A stretch of 60,758 nucleotides of DNA from Minisyncoccota bacterium (GTDB lineage: Bacteria; Patescibacteriota; Minisyncoccia; Phycocordibacterales; XYD1-FULL-46-19), in assembly GCA_041649495.1 (NCBI GenBank), contig JBAZMZ010000004.1, forward strand, positions 1-60,758. The letters run 5' to 3'. The notes below the pieces were generated by a model. That model made no database searches. It saw only the letters and a program-made list of their open reading frames with translations, and was not told the origin of the DNA. A program made the translations under genes and the position numbers. Each line of letters starts with the position of its first letter. Position 1 is the stretch's first letter. Below are positions 7,592 through 17,036 of this stretch, in pieces.

Positions 7592-8497
7592 TTAATCCAC
7601 GCCACTTGAGCTGGGGAGTTGGTAATAAGCAAAAAGAGCTTTGAGGCCGGCCAAATTTTGCTCCCAATCAGTGCTTTCGTGAGTTTTAAGCTCAACGGTG
7701 ATTGCCGGAATATTGATGGAAGCTAACCAACCTTCAGCATCGCCACTAATCGCGTAGGCCTCAAACGATTTAATCGCTTGATAACCAGACGCTTTGGCGT
7801 AAAGATCGGTTAATTTAAGAGTTTCAGGCAAGATGCCGTTTTCGCATTCAGAGGCATAGACTGAACCAGATTGACTATGCCAAAAAATGACACTAGTTGG
7901 CTGGTATTTTAGGACAAAATCGCGGAGAGCAATGGCTTCTGGTTCCGAAAAAGCTTTGGTCCCAGCACTAACCACCCGCTCTCGCCAAGTACTCTTGGGT
8001 TGCCACTTGCAAGCAAAATTGCGATTGAGGTCAACTTGATGGGCGTTAAAGCGACCAGCCTCAACAATCGCCTGATCGTTAGAAACATCCGCCGAAGTAA
8101 AACGCCCCGCCTTACCCGTCACCTTATAAATTCCGCCGGGATTAGCCGAGGGAACAATGGCGACCGTGAGATTTTTAGAAATAAAATCAGGGTTAGCTTC
8201 TAAATAATCCATAAACTGATAAGCCAAAAGCACGCTATTCCACTCGTAACCGCCATGAATTCCGCCCACAAAGAGCAGGTGGGTCTCGCCTTGGCCATAA
8301 GTATAAGCGGTAATATCCCGACCCTCAACCGATTGGCCAATTATGGACACCCTTGGTTCATGATTGGAAACAACTGGAATCGAAACGGGAAGATTAGAAG
8401 ATTTTTTGATGACACCAATGACACCCAAAATCACAATTACGAGAACAACAAAGACCAAGACCGCTATGAGTTTGTGCTGAGCAAGAAACTCCCCCAT
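7592..8497 (-). CDS. M14-family zinc carboxypeptidase (secreted/anchored)
   Basis: N-terminal TM segment; GQSVEGRDITAY...VGGIHGGYEWNS...VDLNRNF. Confidence 0.8.
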   Translation of the reverse strand: MGEFLAQHKLIAVLVFVVLVIVILGVIGVIKKSSNLPVSIPVVSNHEPRVSIIGQSVEGRDITAYTYGQGETHLLFVGGIHGGYEWNSVLLAYQFMDYLEANPDFISKNLTVAIVPSANPGGIYKVTGKAGRFTSADVSNDQAIVEAGRFNAHQVDLNRNFACKWQPKSTWRERVVSAGTKAFSEPEAIALRDFVLKYQPTSVIFWHSQSGSVYASECENGILPETLKLTDLYAKASGYQAIKSFEAYAISGDAEGWLASINIPAITVELKTHESTDWEQNLAGLKALFAYYQLPSSSGVD

Positions 8498-9403
8498 CTA
8501 TTTAGCATAAGACTTTAAAACCGCTTGAGTCCCCGCGAGATTTTTGCTCCACTCGGTATCATTATGAGTTGAGAGAATCACGCTAATCGCGGGAATATTT
8601 TTCTTGGCGAGCCAATTAACCATATCGCCGGTCGTTTCGTAAAAATCGAAACTATCAGAAGCCGTGTAACCTGAAGCGGTGGCAAAAGTATTCATCAACG
8701 CGCGGGTGCCCGCCAAGATGCCATTATCACATTGAGAAGCGAAGACCCCGCCCGCTGCGCTGTACCAGACAATTGCGGCCACTGGTTTATTGGCTTCCAC
8801 ATAATTTTTAAAAGCTAGACTCTCTGGTTCAGAAAAGGCTTTGCTCCCACCACTCACTTTCGTTTTTTGCCAAACGGCACTGGCTTGCCAATCACAATCA
8901 AAGTTACGATTAAGGTCCACTTGATCAGCGTTAAGACGACCGGCCACCACCGTATTTTGGTTGGTCGAAACATCAGCCACCGTAAAGCGACCCGCCGTGC
9001 CAACCACCTTATTAAGACCGTCTGGGTTTAAGACTGGAATAACCGTAACCTTCAAATTTTGCGGGATAGCACTTGGATTAGCGGTGAGATAATCCATCAA
9101 TTGATAAGCGACCAACGAAGTGTTCCACTCGTAGCCACCGTGAATCCCCCCGATAAACAAAATTTCCGTCGCCCCCGTTCCATAATGATAAGCCGTGATA
9201 TCGCGTTTCTCCACTGATTGACCAATCACCGTTTTAGTTTTGTCTACCGCTTGATTAACCGACTCATCGGTCACTGGAGTCGTGCTAGCGGTCAAATCAT
9301 CAACCAATAAATCGGTTGACGTGGTTGGACGAGTAAAAAAATAAGCCCCAATAAGAATAATAATGACGACAATTGCCACGAGCCAAATGATGCTTTTTTT
9401 CAT
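8498..9403 (-). CDS. M14-family zinc carboxypeptidase, tandem paralogue
   Basis: Same length (301 aa) and same motifs (GQSVEKRDITAY, GGIHGGYEWNT, VDLNRNF). It abuts the previous gene with no gap. Confidence 0.8.
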   Translation of the reverse strand: MKKSIIWLVAIVVIIILIGAYFFTRPTTSTDLLVDDLTASTTPVTDESVNQAVDKTKTVIGQSVEKRDITAYHYGTGATEILFIGGIHGGYEWNTSLVAYQLMDYLTANPSAIPQNLKVTVIPVLNPDGLNKVVGTAGRFTVADVSTNQNTVVAGRLNADQVDLNRNFDCDWQASAVWQKTKVSGGSKAFSEPESLAFKNYVEANKPVAAIVWYSAAGGVFASQCDNGILAGTRALMNTFATASGYTASDSFDFYETTGDMVNWLAKKNIPAISVILSTHNDTEWSKNLAGTQAVLKSYAK

Positions 9404-9423
9404 AATACCCCCAGTCTAGCACA

Positions 9424-10011
9424 TTATTCGTCTACGCCAAAACGCTTGTAGCCACAAATAGCCGAGAGGTCTTCGCCGAACCAATGCTGAATTTCGTGTT
9501 CCGCTTCTTTGGGCGTTTCCGAAGCATGAATCAAGTTCATCACCGCCCGCTTCTCTTTATTAGCCAAAACTGGCGAATCAATCGAAAAATCACCCCGAAT
9601 CGTGCCCATATCAGCCGTCGCCGGAATGGTCGGCCCAACAATTTTGCGCACAACATCAACCGCATGAATACCCTGAATCACCATTTTTACTAATGGCGCC
9701 GAGGTCATATAATCAATTAGCCAACCCCGCACCATTTTCCCAATTTCTAATTCATCGGCTGTCCCTAATTCAACCATTGGATCAAAACCATATTTACTAT
9801 AAGTATTTAAAGTTTTTGTTCCCAAACGCTTAATCCAAGCCTCATCTTTGGGATAATGATTGTCAATCTGATCAACCGTCGGCTGAAACATTTGCAAGGC
9901 CACCACTTTTAAATCTCGTTGCTCAATCCGCTTGATAATCTCGCCAATTAAACCTTTACGGACACCGTCAGGCTTAATCATTAAATAAGTACGTTCTTCT
10001 TTAGGTGACAT
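9424..10011 (-). CDS. ndk: Nucleoside diphosphate kinase (long form)
   Basis: ERTYLMIKPDGVRKGLIGEIIKRIEQRDLKVVAL...IHASE. Confidence 0.85.
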   Translation of the reverse strand: MSPKEERTYLMIKPDGVRKGLIGEIIKRIEQRDLKVVALQMFQPTVDQIDNHYPKDEAWIKRLGTKTLNTYSKYGFDPMVELGTADELEIGKMVRGWLIDYMTSAPLVKMVIQGIHAVDVVRKIVGPTIPATADMGTIRGDFSIDSPVLANKEKRAVMNLIHASETPKEAEHEIQHWFGEDLSAICGYKRFGVDE

Positions 10012-10041
10012 AATTATTTTTAAAAATTAATTAATAATAAA

Positions 10042-10806
10042 TTAAGTGGTGGTTAAAATTTCGTGGCCAGTTTCGGTAATCACAATGGTTTTTTCAGTAT
10101 GTGACGCTAATTTACCATCTTTAGTTAAGAAAGTAAAACCGTCCGAACCCACCTTAATATCGCCCCGACCCGAGGTGGCCATCGGTTCAATCGCAATCAC
10201 CAGACCAGGCAAGAGCTCGTCGCCCATGCCCGCCTTGCCAAAATTGGGCACAAACGGATCCTCGTGAGGTTGATAACCGACCCCATGACCAGCTAATTCT
10301 TTAACGACTTTGAAACCATTTTCTTTAATCACCAACTCGATGGCGTGACCAATATCGCCCATTCGCCGACCCGGTTGAGCCATGGCTAGCCCCGCTTCAA
10401 GCGCCTGCTCGACCGTCGCAAGGAGATTCTCGGCTTCAGGCGAAATCGGCCCAACTGGCACCGTTACCGCCATATCCGTAAACAAACCCTCATGCTTTAA
10501 GCCCAAATCCAGACCAACAATATCGCCCACCTCAAGTATTCGCTCGCTCGGCAAACCATGAACAATCTCCTCATTAACCGACACGCACAAAGCCGCCGGA
10601 TAAGCTCGACGTGAGCCTTGCGGTTTATAGCCCAAGAAAGCCGGTTCGTCGCCGCCCCGTTTAATCAATTCGCGCGCTAGATTTTCTAAGTCAATCGTTT
10701 TCACCCCGGGCGCCACTCGAGCTTTAATCGTCGCCAAAATAACCGCCAACCGTTGCCCGCCTTCACGCAAAATTTCAATTTCTGCTTTGGTTTTTAATTT
10801 AATCAT
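10042..10806 (-). CDS. map: Methionine aminopeptidase type I
   Basis: MIKLKTKAEIEILREGG...GHGVG...; it follows adk as in spc operons. Confidence 0.95.
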   Translation of the reverse strand: MIKLKTKAEIEILREGGQRLAVILATIKARVAPGVKTIDLENLARELIKRGGDEPAFLGYKPQGSRRAYPAALCVSVNEEIVHGLPSERILEVGDIVGLDLGLKHEGLFTDMAVTVPVGPISPEAENLLATVEQALEAGLAMAQPGRRMGDIGHAIELVIKENGFKVVKELAGHGVGYQPHEDPFVPNFGKAGMGDELLPGLVIAIEPMATSGRGDIKVGSDGFTFLTKDGKLASHTEKTIVITETGHEILTTT

Positions 10807-10844
10807 GATAACACAATGCCAATCTACGAATTCAGGCGAATCTC

Positions 10845-11453
10845 CTAATCATTCGCATTGAGTAAGGCGATAATATCGCTATGGATTTTTTCGCGCGATT
10901 GCTCGCCGTCAACTTCCAAGAAGCGATACTTGGGATTATTACGATAATATTCCACCGCCGGCAAAACGTCACGGTCAAACCAATCAAGGCGTCGGTCAAT
11001 ATCGTCTGAAGCGTCATCGGCCCGACCGCGGGCCAATAATCTCTTTTTGGCTTCTTCACGCGAGACATCCACATAAACGACCGTGAGATTAACCCGATTA
11101 TAGAATTTCAAAAGTAAATCTAAAGTTTGCGCCTCAATTAACGAGCGCGGACAGCCATCACAAAAAATATGTTCGACACCCGTAAAATTCTCGATTAGCG
11201 AAGTGGTCCAAGTCCAAATGGCAAAATTATCTGGTAAACGCTCGCCGTTCTCCATCGAGGTCTTGAGCATTTTCGCCGTATAATTATCTTGTTGCGCAAA
11301 ATCTCGAAAACGCGCCCCGGTTTCAATCCGAAGCCAATTATGCTCATCATTAATCACCCCCTTCGTCTTGAGATACTCGGCCAAACGCTCAACCTGCGTC
11401 CCCTTACCGCACCCCGACCGCCCAATAAAAATATAAGTATGTAAATTTTCCAT
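10845..11453 (-). CDS. adk: Adenylate kinase-like nucleoside monophosphate kinase
   Basis: P-loop IFIGRSGCGKGTQ. It sits in the secY-adk-map position. Confidence 0.8.
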   Translation of the reverse strand: MENLHTYIFIGRSGCGKGTQVERLAEYLKTKGVINDEHNWLRIETGARFRDFAQQDNYTAKMLKTSMENGERLPDNFAIWTWTTSLIENFTGVEHIFCDGCPRSLIEAQTLDLLLKFYNRVNLTVVYVDVSREEAKKRLLARGRADDASDDIDRRLDWFDRDVLPAVEYYRNNPKYRFLEVDGEQSREKIHSDIIALLNAND

Positions 11454-11493
11454 ACCTTAAATTTTCGCACAAAATAAGGGAAAAAGCAAAAAT

Positions 11494-14091
11494 CTACCGA
11501 ACAAAACTTTTGAACCAACTAGTGACCGCACTGAAAATATTAGCCAGTTGATTTGCTCCTTTTTGCGAGACAGAGGAAACAACCGTGAAAGTTCGGTCAC
11601 TTTGGGCTTCTATTGATCCATCACCGTAAAGAGTTCCGTTGCCATTAACTAGTTGGATAAGCAGAGTGTAAGGTCCGCCCAGAAACCGAGTACTAGGTTG
11701 AAGTCTGGCTGATTTGTAAGGATAACTAGATTCAATCGAGGCAGGGGTAGTAAAACTAACATCAGGACCGCCATTGACTGGGTGAAAACTGACTTTATAC
11801 TCCAAACCCAAATCAGTTGGGATATTAGCAAAATCCCAATAAACATAATAAGGCTCACCAACCGTCCAAGTATCACCAAGTTTTTTATCAAGACGAACAT
11901 TAGAAATAACCGGGGTCGCCACGGCTTCGAGATCTGGCGGAGTTTCAGGTGTTGGGGCCGGTAGAGTTTCTGGTGCAAGTATCGAAGGAGCTGGGGGTTC
12001 TGGTGCTGGAGCCATCTCGGGTTCTTCCGTCTTCGTGGCTGTAATTGGCGCAAACCCATCACTGGTTGAGCTGTCTACTTTATAACCCCCAGCATTGTAA
12101 AGAGTAGTGACTCGACCTAATTCGGTCGCGCTTATTTTGTAGTCTTTATTGGTGTCGGCCGAGTGATAAACCGTGGTTGAAGGATTAGTAACATGACCCG
12201 GCGCAAACCCATCACTCGTTAACCCGTCAACATGATAACCGCCCGCATTGTAGAAAGAGACAACCCTGCCCAATTCGGTCGCGCTTATTTTGTAATCTCG
12301 GTTAGTATCGGCAGAATGATATAAAACCGGAGCCAAAATTGACGCACAATTCAAGTTATTTTCAGAAATAAATGACCCGAGTTTGTTATCCGCATCATTA
12401 CAATCCTTAATAAATTTCCCTGCGCTTTTTTTACAAGTCGCCGGACAAACCGTCCCCGCCGGCGGTTGTTCCGATATCCCCCAATTGCAATAACTATCGG
12501 CATCTTTATCAACACATTTCACGGTATTATCAAAACCGGCCGGCCAATAGGCGTGATTGGTAGGTGGGGTGAATGGGCCAATAGGTTCAGCCAAACTACT
12601 TAAATTTTCATAAGGGGTAAGAAATTTTAAATATCCTTGTTCTTGTTCTCCCCAATTCGAACCCCAACTATTTTTAAAAATCCAATATTTCTGACCAATC
12701 ATGGGGTCCCCTGCAACTATAGTCACAGGATTATTATAGCTATCAAAATACAAAAAATCTCCTTGTTTTGCTACACCAAAACCACCTAAAACCATTGAGT
12801 GACTCCAAGAACCTATTTCTGCATAGGCTGGCCCATTTGTTATCAACATTTTTTTCATACCAATTTCATTAACATTAGTAGGCAACGGGTTATTTTGGTT
12901 ATCTAAACCTTTATTTACATTAAAATTATTTACTGCCCACAGTCTTCCCTGCCAATCGTTGGCGATATTACTTTCATCACATTTTTTGGTGCCATTGATA
13001 GTACCGATATCTGAATAAGTATCTGCTTGCTCATCAACCGCACCAACTTTCATAAAATAACAAAGCCAAGACTTTGGATATCCATAACTGCTACAAGCAG
13101 CTTCTTTTATCTCATAAATATACCTTTGAATAGTACTTCCAAGAGGTGCTGGCCAGGAACAATCATTAAACATTTGCTCCGACAGATTTAAATTAATATG
13201 TTTATTGTAATAGATATTGATTTTCGATTCTAAAGAACCAATAGCAGCAAATTTTTGGCAAGTTTCTGCACCTCCTTGATTTTTTACTGGTGTCATCCAG
13301 TTTTCGCCGTGGACATTCCGCCAATCGAAAGAGTCGGGCACGATAATGTTTGAGTCATCGGTTTTTGTTGATGTTTTTGGCGCGGTGCTATCTTTGATTT
13401 CAAAAATTCCGCCTTTGTAATATTCGAAGCCTTGCAAGTTGGGCAAAGAATCGGCAGGCTTACCGTCTTTGGTAGAGAATAATTTTTTCTTTTGAGTATA
13501 AGTTAAACCAGAAACCGAAGTAGCGCCGGCGACCCATTTACCACCACCGGCTTTAATTTTTTGATTAAGTTGAGAAATTTTGTAAGCGTCTTGTTGAGAT
13601 TTGAGACTACTGCTTTTAGTCCCGGCGGAAACAGTTTGCCAAGTCAGACTAGTAAGAGCGACACTAGCCTTGTTGATTGAAATTTTTAAATTAGCTGGGA
13701 CAACCCCGTCTAAATAACAAGTTTCGTCACAAAAATTTGTTAGAGAAAATTTGCCTTGACCAGTTAAGTTTGGATAACCCTCGTAAAGCAAATATTCTTC
13801 ATTATTTTTATCAGTCAAAATAACTCGAACTAGACTGTCGGAGCTAGGCAAATTAACTGTCGCCGTAATAGAAACCCCATAAATCGGATCAGTTTGGGTC
13901 AATTTATAAGTCGTATCAGTGGTAAAAGTTTTGTTAATTGGCAAAGCGAGCGGAGCAGATTTGACACCAGCCGTCGGTAAAGCAAAAAGATTACTCGGCC
14001 ACGACAAAACGGTTTGGGCATTAGTGGTTAAAGGCGCTATTCCCAAAAACACCATGAGCGTTAATAACACCGGCAAAAGTTTTTTAATCAT
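11494..14091 (-). CDS. Secreted 865-aa protein with papain-like (C1) cysteine peptidase domain and two dockerin/EF-hand-like repeats
   Basis: Has a signal peptide. FDWRNVHGENWMTPVKNQGGAETCQKFAA resembles the C1 catalytic Cys region. A repeat of about 44 aa, YHSADTN(R/K)DYKISATELGRV..YNAGGY.VD..TSDGFAP, occurs twice, followed by a Pro-rich linker. Confidence 0.65.
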   Translation of the reverse strand: MIKKLLPVLLTLMVFLGIAPLTTNAQTVLSWPSNLFALPTAGVKSAPLALPINKTFTTDTTYKLTQTDPIYGVSITATVNLPSSDSLVRVILTDKNNEEYLLYEGYPNLTGQGKFSLTNFCDETCYLDGVVPANLKISINKASVALTSLTWQTVSAGTKSSSLKSQQDAYKISQLNQKIKAGGGKWVAGATSVSGLTYTQKKKLFSTKDGKPADSLPNLQGFEYYKGGIFEIKDSTAPKTSTKTDDSNIIVPDSFDWRNVHGENWMTPVKNQGGAETCQKFAAIGSLESKINIYYNKHINLNLSEQMFNDCSWPAPLGSTIQRYIYEIKEAACSSYGYPKSWLCYFMKVGAVDEQADTYSDIGTINGTKKCDESNIANDWQGRLWAVNNFNVNKGLDNQNNPLPTNVNEIGMKKMLITNGPAYAEIGSWSHSMVLGGFGVAKQGDFLYFDSYNNPVTIVAGDPMIGQKYWIFKNSWGSNWGEQEQGYLKFLTPYENLSSLAEPIGPFTPPTNHAYWPAGFDNTVKCVDKDADSYCNWGISEQPPAGTVCPATCKKSAGKFIKDCNDADNKLGSFISENNLNCASILAPVLYHSADTNRDYKISATELGRVVSFYNAGGYHVDGLTSDGFAPGHVTNPSTTVYHSADTNKDYKISATELGRVTTLYNAGGYKVDSSTSDGFAPITATKTEEPEMAPAPEPPAPSILAPETLPAPTPETPPDLEAVATPVISNVRLDKKLGDTWTVGEPYYVYWDFANIPTDLGLEYKVSFHPVNGGPDVSFTTPASIESSYPYKSARLQPSTRFLGGPYTLLIQLVNGNGTLYGDGSIEAQSDRTFTVVSSVSQKGANQLANIFSAVTSWFKSFVR

Positions 14092-14115
14092 AAATAAAAA
14101 TTAACTGGTAAAACT

Positions 14116-14538
14116 TTACAAATTTAACGACTTAACGATATTTTTAAGATATTTAGGCACATCGGTAAGACAAGATTCGATTGCGCCAAAAACTTTCTTA
14201 GCGTCAATTTCATCATATTCGTGAGCCAGCCGGTTTCTTAATCCCGCCGAATTAGCCATCGTCTCGGCAAATTTGGTTGGCAGATATTTCTTTTTTCCTA
14301 ATGTGATAAAAGAATTGTAAAAATCGGTCGGAATTTCATTTTCTTTTTCTGACAAAATGTGGTAATTAATATCAATCATTCGACCAATTATTCTTTCCAG
14401 ATATCTTTCCGCTAACGTTTCATATTCCGCTTTGCTCAAATAAGTTTTAAGCGAAAGTTTGCTTAGCGCTTTTAAACTTTTTAAGTCGCCGTTGATGGAG
14501 GTTATTTTCCGACTGATGAGTTCTTTATCAAGAGGCAT
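14116..14538 (-). CDS. hepT: HEPN-domain toxin (HepT/DUF86)
   Basis: RNRLAHEYD matches the Rx4-6H HEPN motif. It overlaps the upstream nucleotidyltransferase gene. Confidence 0.8.
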   Translation of the reverse strand: MPLDKELISRKITSINGDLKSLKALSKLSLKTYLSKAEYETLAERYLERIIGRMIDINYHILSEKENEIPTDFYNSFITLGKKKYLPTKFAETMANSAGLRNRLAHEYDEIDAKKVFGAIESCLTDVPKYLKNIVKSLNL

Positions 14539-14932
14539 AGGTGTTGATTATTTTTTTATTCAAATTATTTTCCATCGCAAAATAGGGCGCGTAGTCATTG
14601 TAAGCGTTAAAAGCGTAAAGCCGGAATTTCAGAAATTCTTCTCGACTGCCATAGAGTAAAATGGGATTTTTGCTAACCTGAAAAGACAGGAGCGGGTTGG
14701 CTCGATTTAAAACCGACAAATCGACATTTTTATTAAAAACCGAAGATAAGTCGTTGGTCAAACTAATTTGCTCGTCAAAAGAGACCCCGCTTGAACCCAA
14801 AACAGCGATGTCCAAATCACTATCTTTTCTTTGTCGTCCATTAGCAAAAGAACCAAAAATAATCAGCAGTTTTAATTGGAATTTTTGGGCAATTTGGGCA
14901 ACTTTCAGTTTGTGATCCTTGGTGATATCCAT
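14528..14932 (-). CDS. mntA: Minimal nucleotidyltransferase antitoxin (MntA)
   Basis: IFGSFANGRQRKDSDLDIAVL is the GSx10DxD motif. The ATG at 14932 (MDITKDHK) is preferred over the track start at 14977. Confidence 0.8.
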   Translation of the reverse strand: MDITKDHKLKVAQIAQKFQLKLLIIFGSFANGRQRKDSDLDIAVLGSSGVSFDEQISLTNDLSSVFNKNVDLSVLNRANPLLSFQVSKNPILLYGSREEFLKFRLYAFNAYNDYAPYFAMENNLNKKIINTYAS

Positions 14933-14976
14933 ACTGCCATTATACAAAGAACGGCAAGTTAAAACAATGATACACA

Positions 14977-15046
14977 CTCGAAGTCCGACTTCGGGCTTAC
15001 TTGAAGTCGGACTTCAAACCGCAAGGTTCAACCTTGCGATAGCAAG
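14977..15046. repeat. Repeat module A, copy 1 (two hairpins)
   Basis: GAAGTCCGACTTC gggcttactt GAAGTCGGACTTC, then CCGCAAGGTT c AACCTTGCG. It is near-identical to 46345-46414. Confidence 0.85.
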
Positions 15047-15060
15047 GGTTTTTTACGGTC

Positions 15061-15093
15061 AAAGATGTTAAACACCCGGTGTTTAACATCTTT
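15061..15093. repeat. Perfect 33-nt palindromic hairpin
   Basis: AAAGATGTTAAACAC c c g GTGTTTAACATCTTT. Confidence 0.7.
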
Positions 15094-15158
15094 CTTTACT
15101 TATCACTTCTAAAATGCTAAGAATTAATTGAACTAGAACCCCCAGAAAGGAGGGATTT

Positions 15159-15422
15159 ATGGCTGGCGGAACACACGATCCAATATCGATTGGGGACAAT
15201 ACAGTTGATTTCCTGCTCCTCAAAATCCTAGCGAAGGATGGCTGGGCTCCAGAGTACTATGATTGGGCGGAGAAAGTGATTATCCTCAGGGCCACCAATA
15301 TGACCAAGTGGCAGAAAGATTTACTCTTTTGCGCAATCAAAGGTTGTGTCGACTTCTTTCACAGATGTGATAATGGTCGGTTCACCCAACTATCCTCCCG
15401 CCTTACGGCAAACCTGCCATGA
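15159..15422 (+). CDS. Hypothetical 87-aa protein (cassette gene inside repeat A/B copy 1)
   Basis: A strong SD (GAAAGGAGGGA) lies 5 nt before the ATG, and an intrinsic terminator overlaps its 3' end and follows the stop. It lies on the opposite strand to all its neighbours. Confidence 0.6.
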   Translation: MAGGTHDPISIGDNTVDFLLLKILAKDGWAPEYYDWAEKVIILRATNMTKWQKDLLFCAIKGCVDFFHRCDNGRFTQLSSRLTANLP

Positions 15423-15438
15423 GGCGGGTTTGTTTTTT
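15409..15438 (+). terminator. Rho-independent terminator of the 87-aa ORF
   Basis: CAAACCTGCC atga GGCGGGTTTG followed by TTTTTT. Its G-U pair is valid only on the plus strand. Confidence 0.75.
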
Positions 15439-15525
15439 GCAGTCAAGCGAGGCTTAGTAATTTTGAAAAGCCCCCTCCTTCGTCCGCCGTGGCGGACTAC
15501 GGACGGGCAAGTCGTGGAGCCTAGC

Positions 15526-15672
15526 AGTTAAGCGAGCCGGACCCGCTTAAAAAGCCTCTCGCAGAACGATTTGGTATGGTCTCCGAGGGTAACGAGGAGC
15601 AAATCGTTCGAGAGGAGCAAAAAATTTTTGCTGGAAAATTTTAAGGCAAGGTTTTTAAGCGGGATCGGCGAG
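15526..15672. repeat. Repeat module B, copy 1 (structured, about 145 nt)
   Basis: Aligns with 46415-46565. It has nested helices, two of which covary between the copies. Confidence 0.8.
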
Positions 15673-15675
15673 CGT

Positions 15676-16950
15676 CTAATACTCCCGCATTGAGATTTGC
15701 GCGTCAATTTGTTTAACGAATTCAATCGCCACCGAGACCACAATCAAGAGACTCGTGCCCCCGATAGCCAGCGAAGCGATGCCAGTCAGATTCTGAACGA
15801 TGATTGGCAAAATCGCCACAATACCTAAAAACAGCGCTCCGATCAGAGTCAAACGCGTTAAGATATTCGCGATATAAACCGAAGTTGAATTGCCGGGTCG
15901 CACACCAGGGATAAAAGCCCCATTTTTTTGTAAATTTTCGGAGATTGCTTGAGGATCGAAAGTAATGGCCGAATAGAAATAGGTAAAGACCACCACCAAG
16001 AAGAAATAGAGAAGGCCGTAAACAAATTGATTAGCGAGAAAATCAGACAAACCAGTCACCACCGCTTGCGTTGCCCCCCCAACGTAATTGGCAAGAAAAC
16101 TTAAAACCATCCGGGGGAAAAGCAGAATTGAAATAGCAAAGATAATAGGCATCACGCCAGCATTATTGACCCGAATCGGCAAATAAGTCGAGGTGCCACC
16201 ATACATCTTAGAGCCTCTTACTCGTTTAGCGTAAGTGACCGGAATTGGTCGCTCCGCTTCAGTGACGAAGACAATCGCGGCCAAGACCACTAGTCCCACC
16301 ACGAAAAAGGCTAGGTACATTGGGATTTGCGAGATGTCATAAGTAACAGCCAATTGCGAAAGGGTTGATGGCAAACGTGAGACAATACCAGCAAAGATCA
16401 GGAGTGAAACACCGTTACCAATACCAAACTCGGTAATTAATTCCCCAATCCACATTAAGAGAATCGAGCCAGCAGTAATAACCACAATATTCGTCAATTG
16501 ATCAAAAAAACTCATTGGTAATAACACGCCCTGCTTCTCCAACAGAATCAACAAACTTAGGCCTTGGACAATACAGAGCGGAACCGTTAACAAACGAGAA
16601 TATTGCGCCACCTTGCGTCGACCCGCTACCCCCTCTTCGTGATAAAGCTGTTTCAGGGCCGGGAAAATGAGAGTGAGAAGTTGAAAAATAATCGAAGAAG
16701 TAATAAACGGTCCAACTCCCAACATCATAATCGAAAGATTCGACAAACCACCACCCGAAAAGATATTGAGTAAACCGAAGAATTGATTATTACTTAAAAA
16801 CTTTTCGAGCTGGAGAATATTGACACCAGGAATCGGGATGGTCGCACCCAGACGAAAAAGCGCCAAGGCTCCCAAAACAAAGAGAATCCGATTGCGTAAG
16901 CCGCGATCTTCGAAGACTAATCTTAATTTATTATTGAACGCTTCTAACAT
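15676..16950 (-). CDS. secY: Preprotein translocase subunit SecY
   Basis: 424 aa, 10 TM segments, canonical SecY motifs. It follows rplO. Confidence 0.95.
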   Translation of the reverse strand: MLEAFNNKLRLVFEDRGLRNRILFVLGALALFRLGATIPIPGVNILQLEKFLSNNQFFGLLNIFSGGGLSNLSIMMLGVGPFITSSIIFQLLTLIFPALKQLYHEEGVAGRRKVAQYSRLLTVPLCIVQGLSLLILLEKQGVLLPMSFFDQLTNIVVITAGSILLMWIGELITEFGIGNGVSLLIFAGIVSRLPSTLSQLAVTYDISQIPMYLAFFVVGLVVLAAIVFVTEAERPIPVTYAKRVRGSKMYGGTSTYLPIRVNNAGVMPIIFAISILLFPRMVLSFLANYVGGATQAVVTGLSDFLANQFVYGLLYFFLVVVFTYFYSAITFDPQAISENLQKNGAFIPGVRPGNSTSVYIANILTRLTLIGALFLGIVAILPIIVQNLTGIASLAIGGTSLLIVVSVAIEFVKQIDAQISMREY

Positions 16951-17036
16951 AATTTTTAAATTACTCTAATTATTCTAATTTCTAATATTGGGAATTGGGA
17001 GTTTATTTAGGTTAATTAAGTTAATTAGAAATTAGG
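16951..17036. repeat. AT-rich spacer element, family 3 (copy 1 of 4)
   Basis: ...CTAATTATTCTAATTTCTAAT...TTATTTAGGTTAATTAAGTTAATTAGAAATTAGGTTAATT fills the whole rplO-secY spacer. Confidence 0.8.

Noticed and set aside
15526-15672. Module B as an integron attC site
   Set aside because: GTTAAGC at 15526 resembles an R box, but the second copy lacks it. The complementary box is not in the right place, and no integron integrase is in the window. I kept this only as an analogy in the finding.
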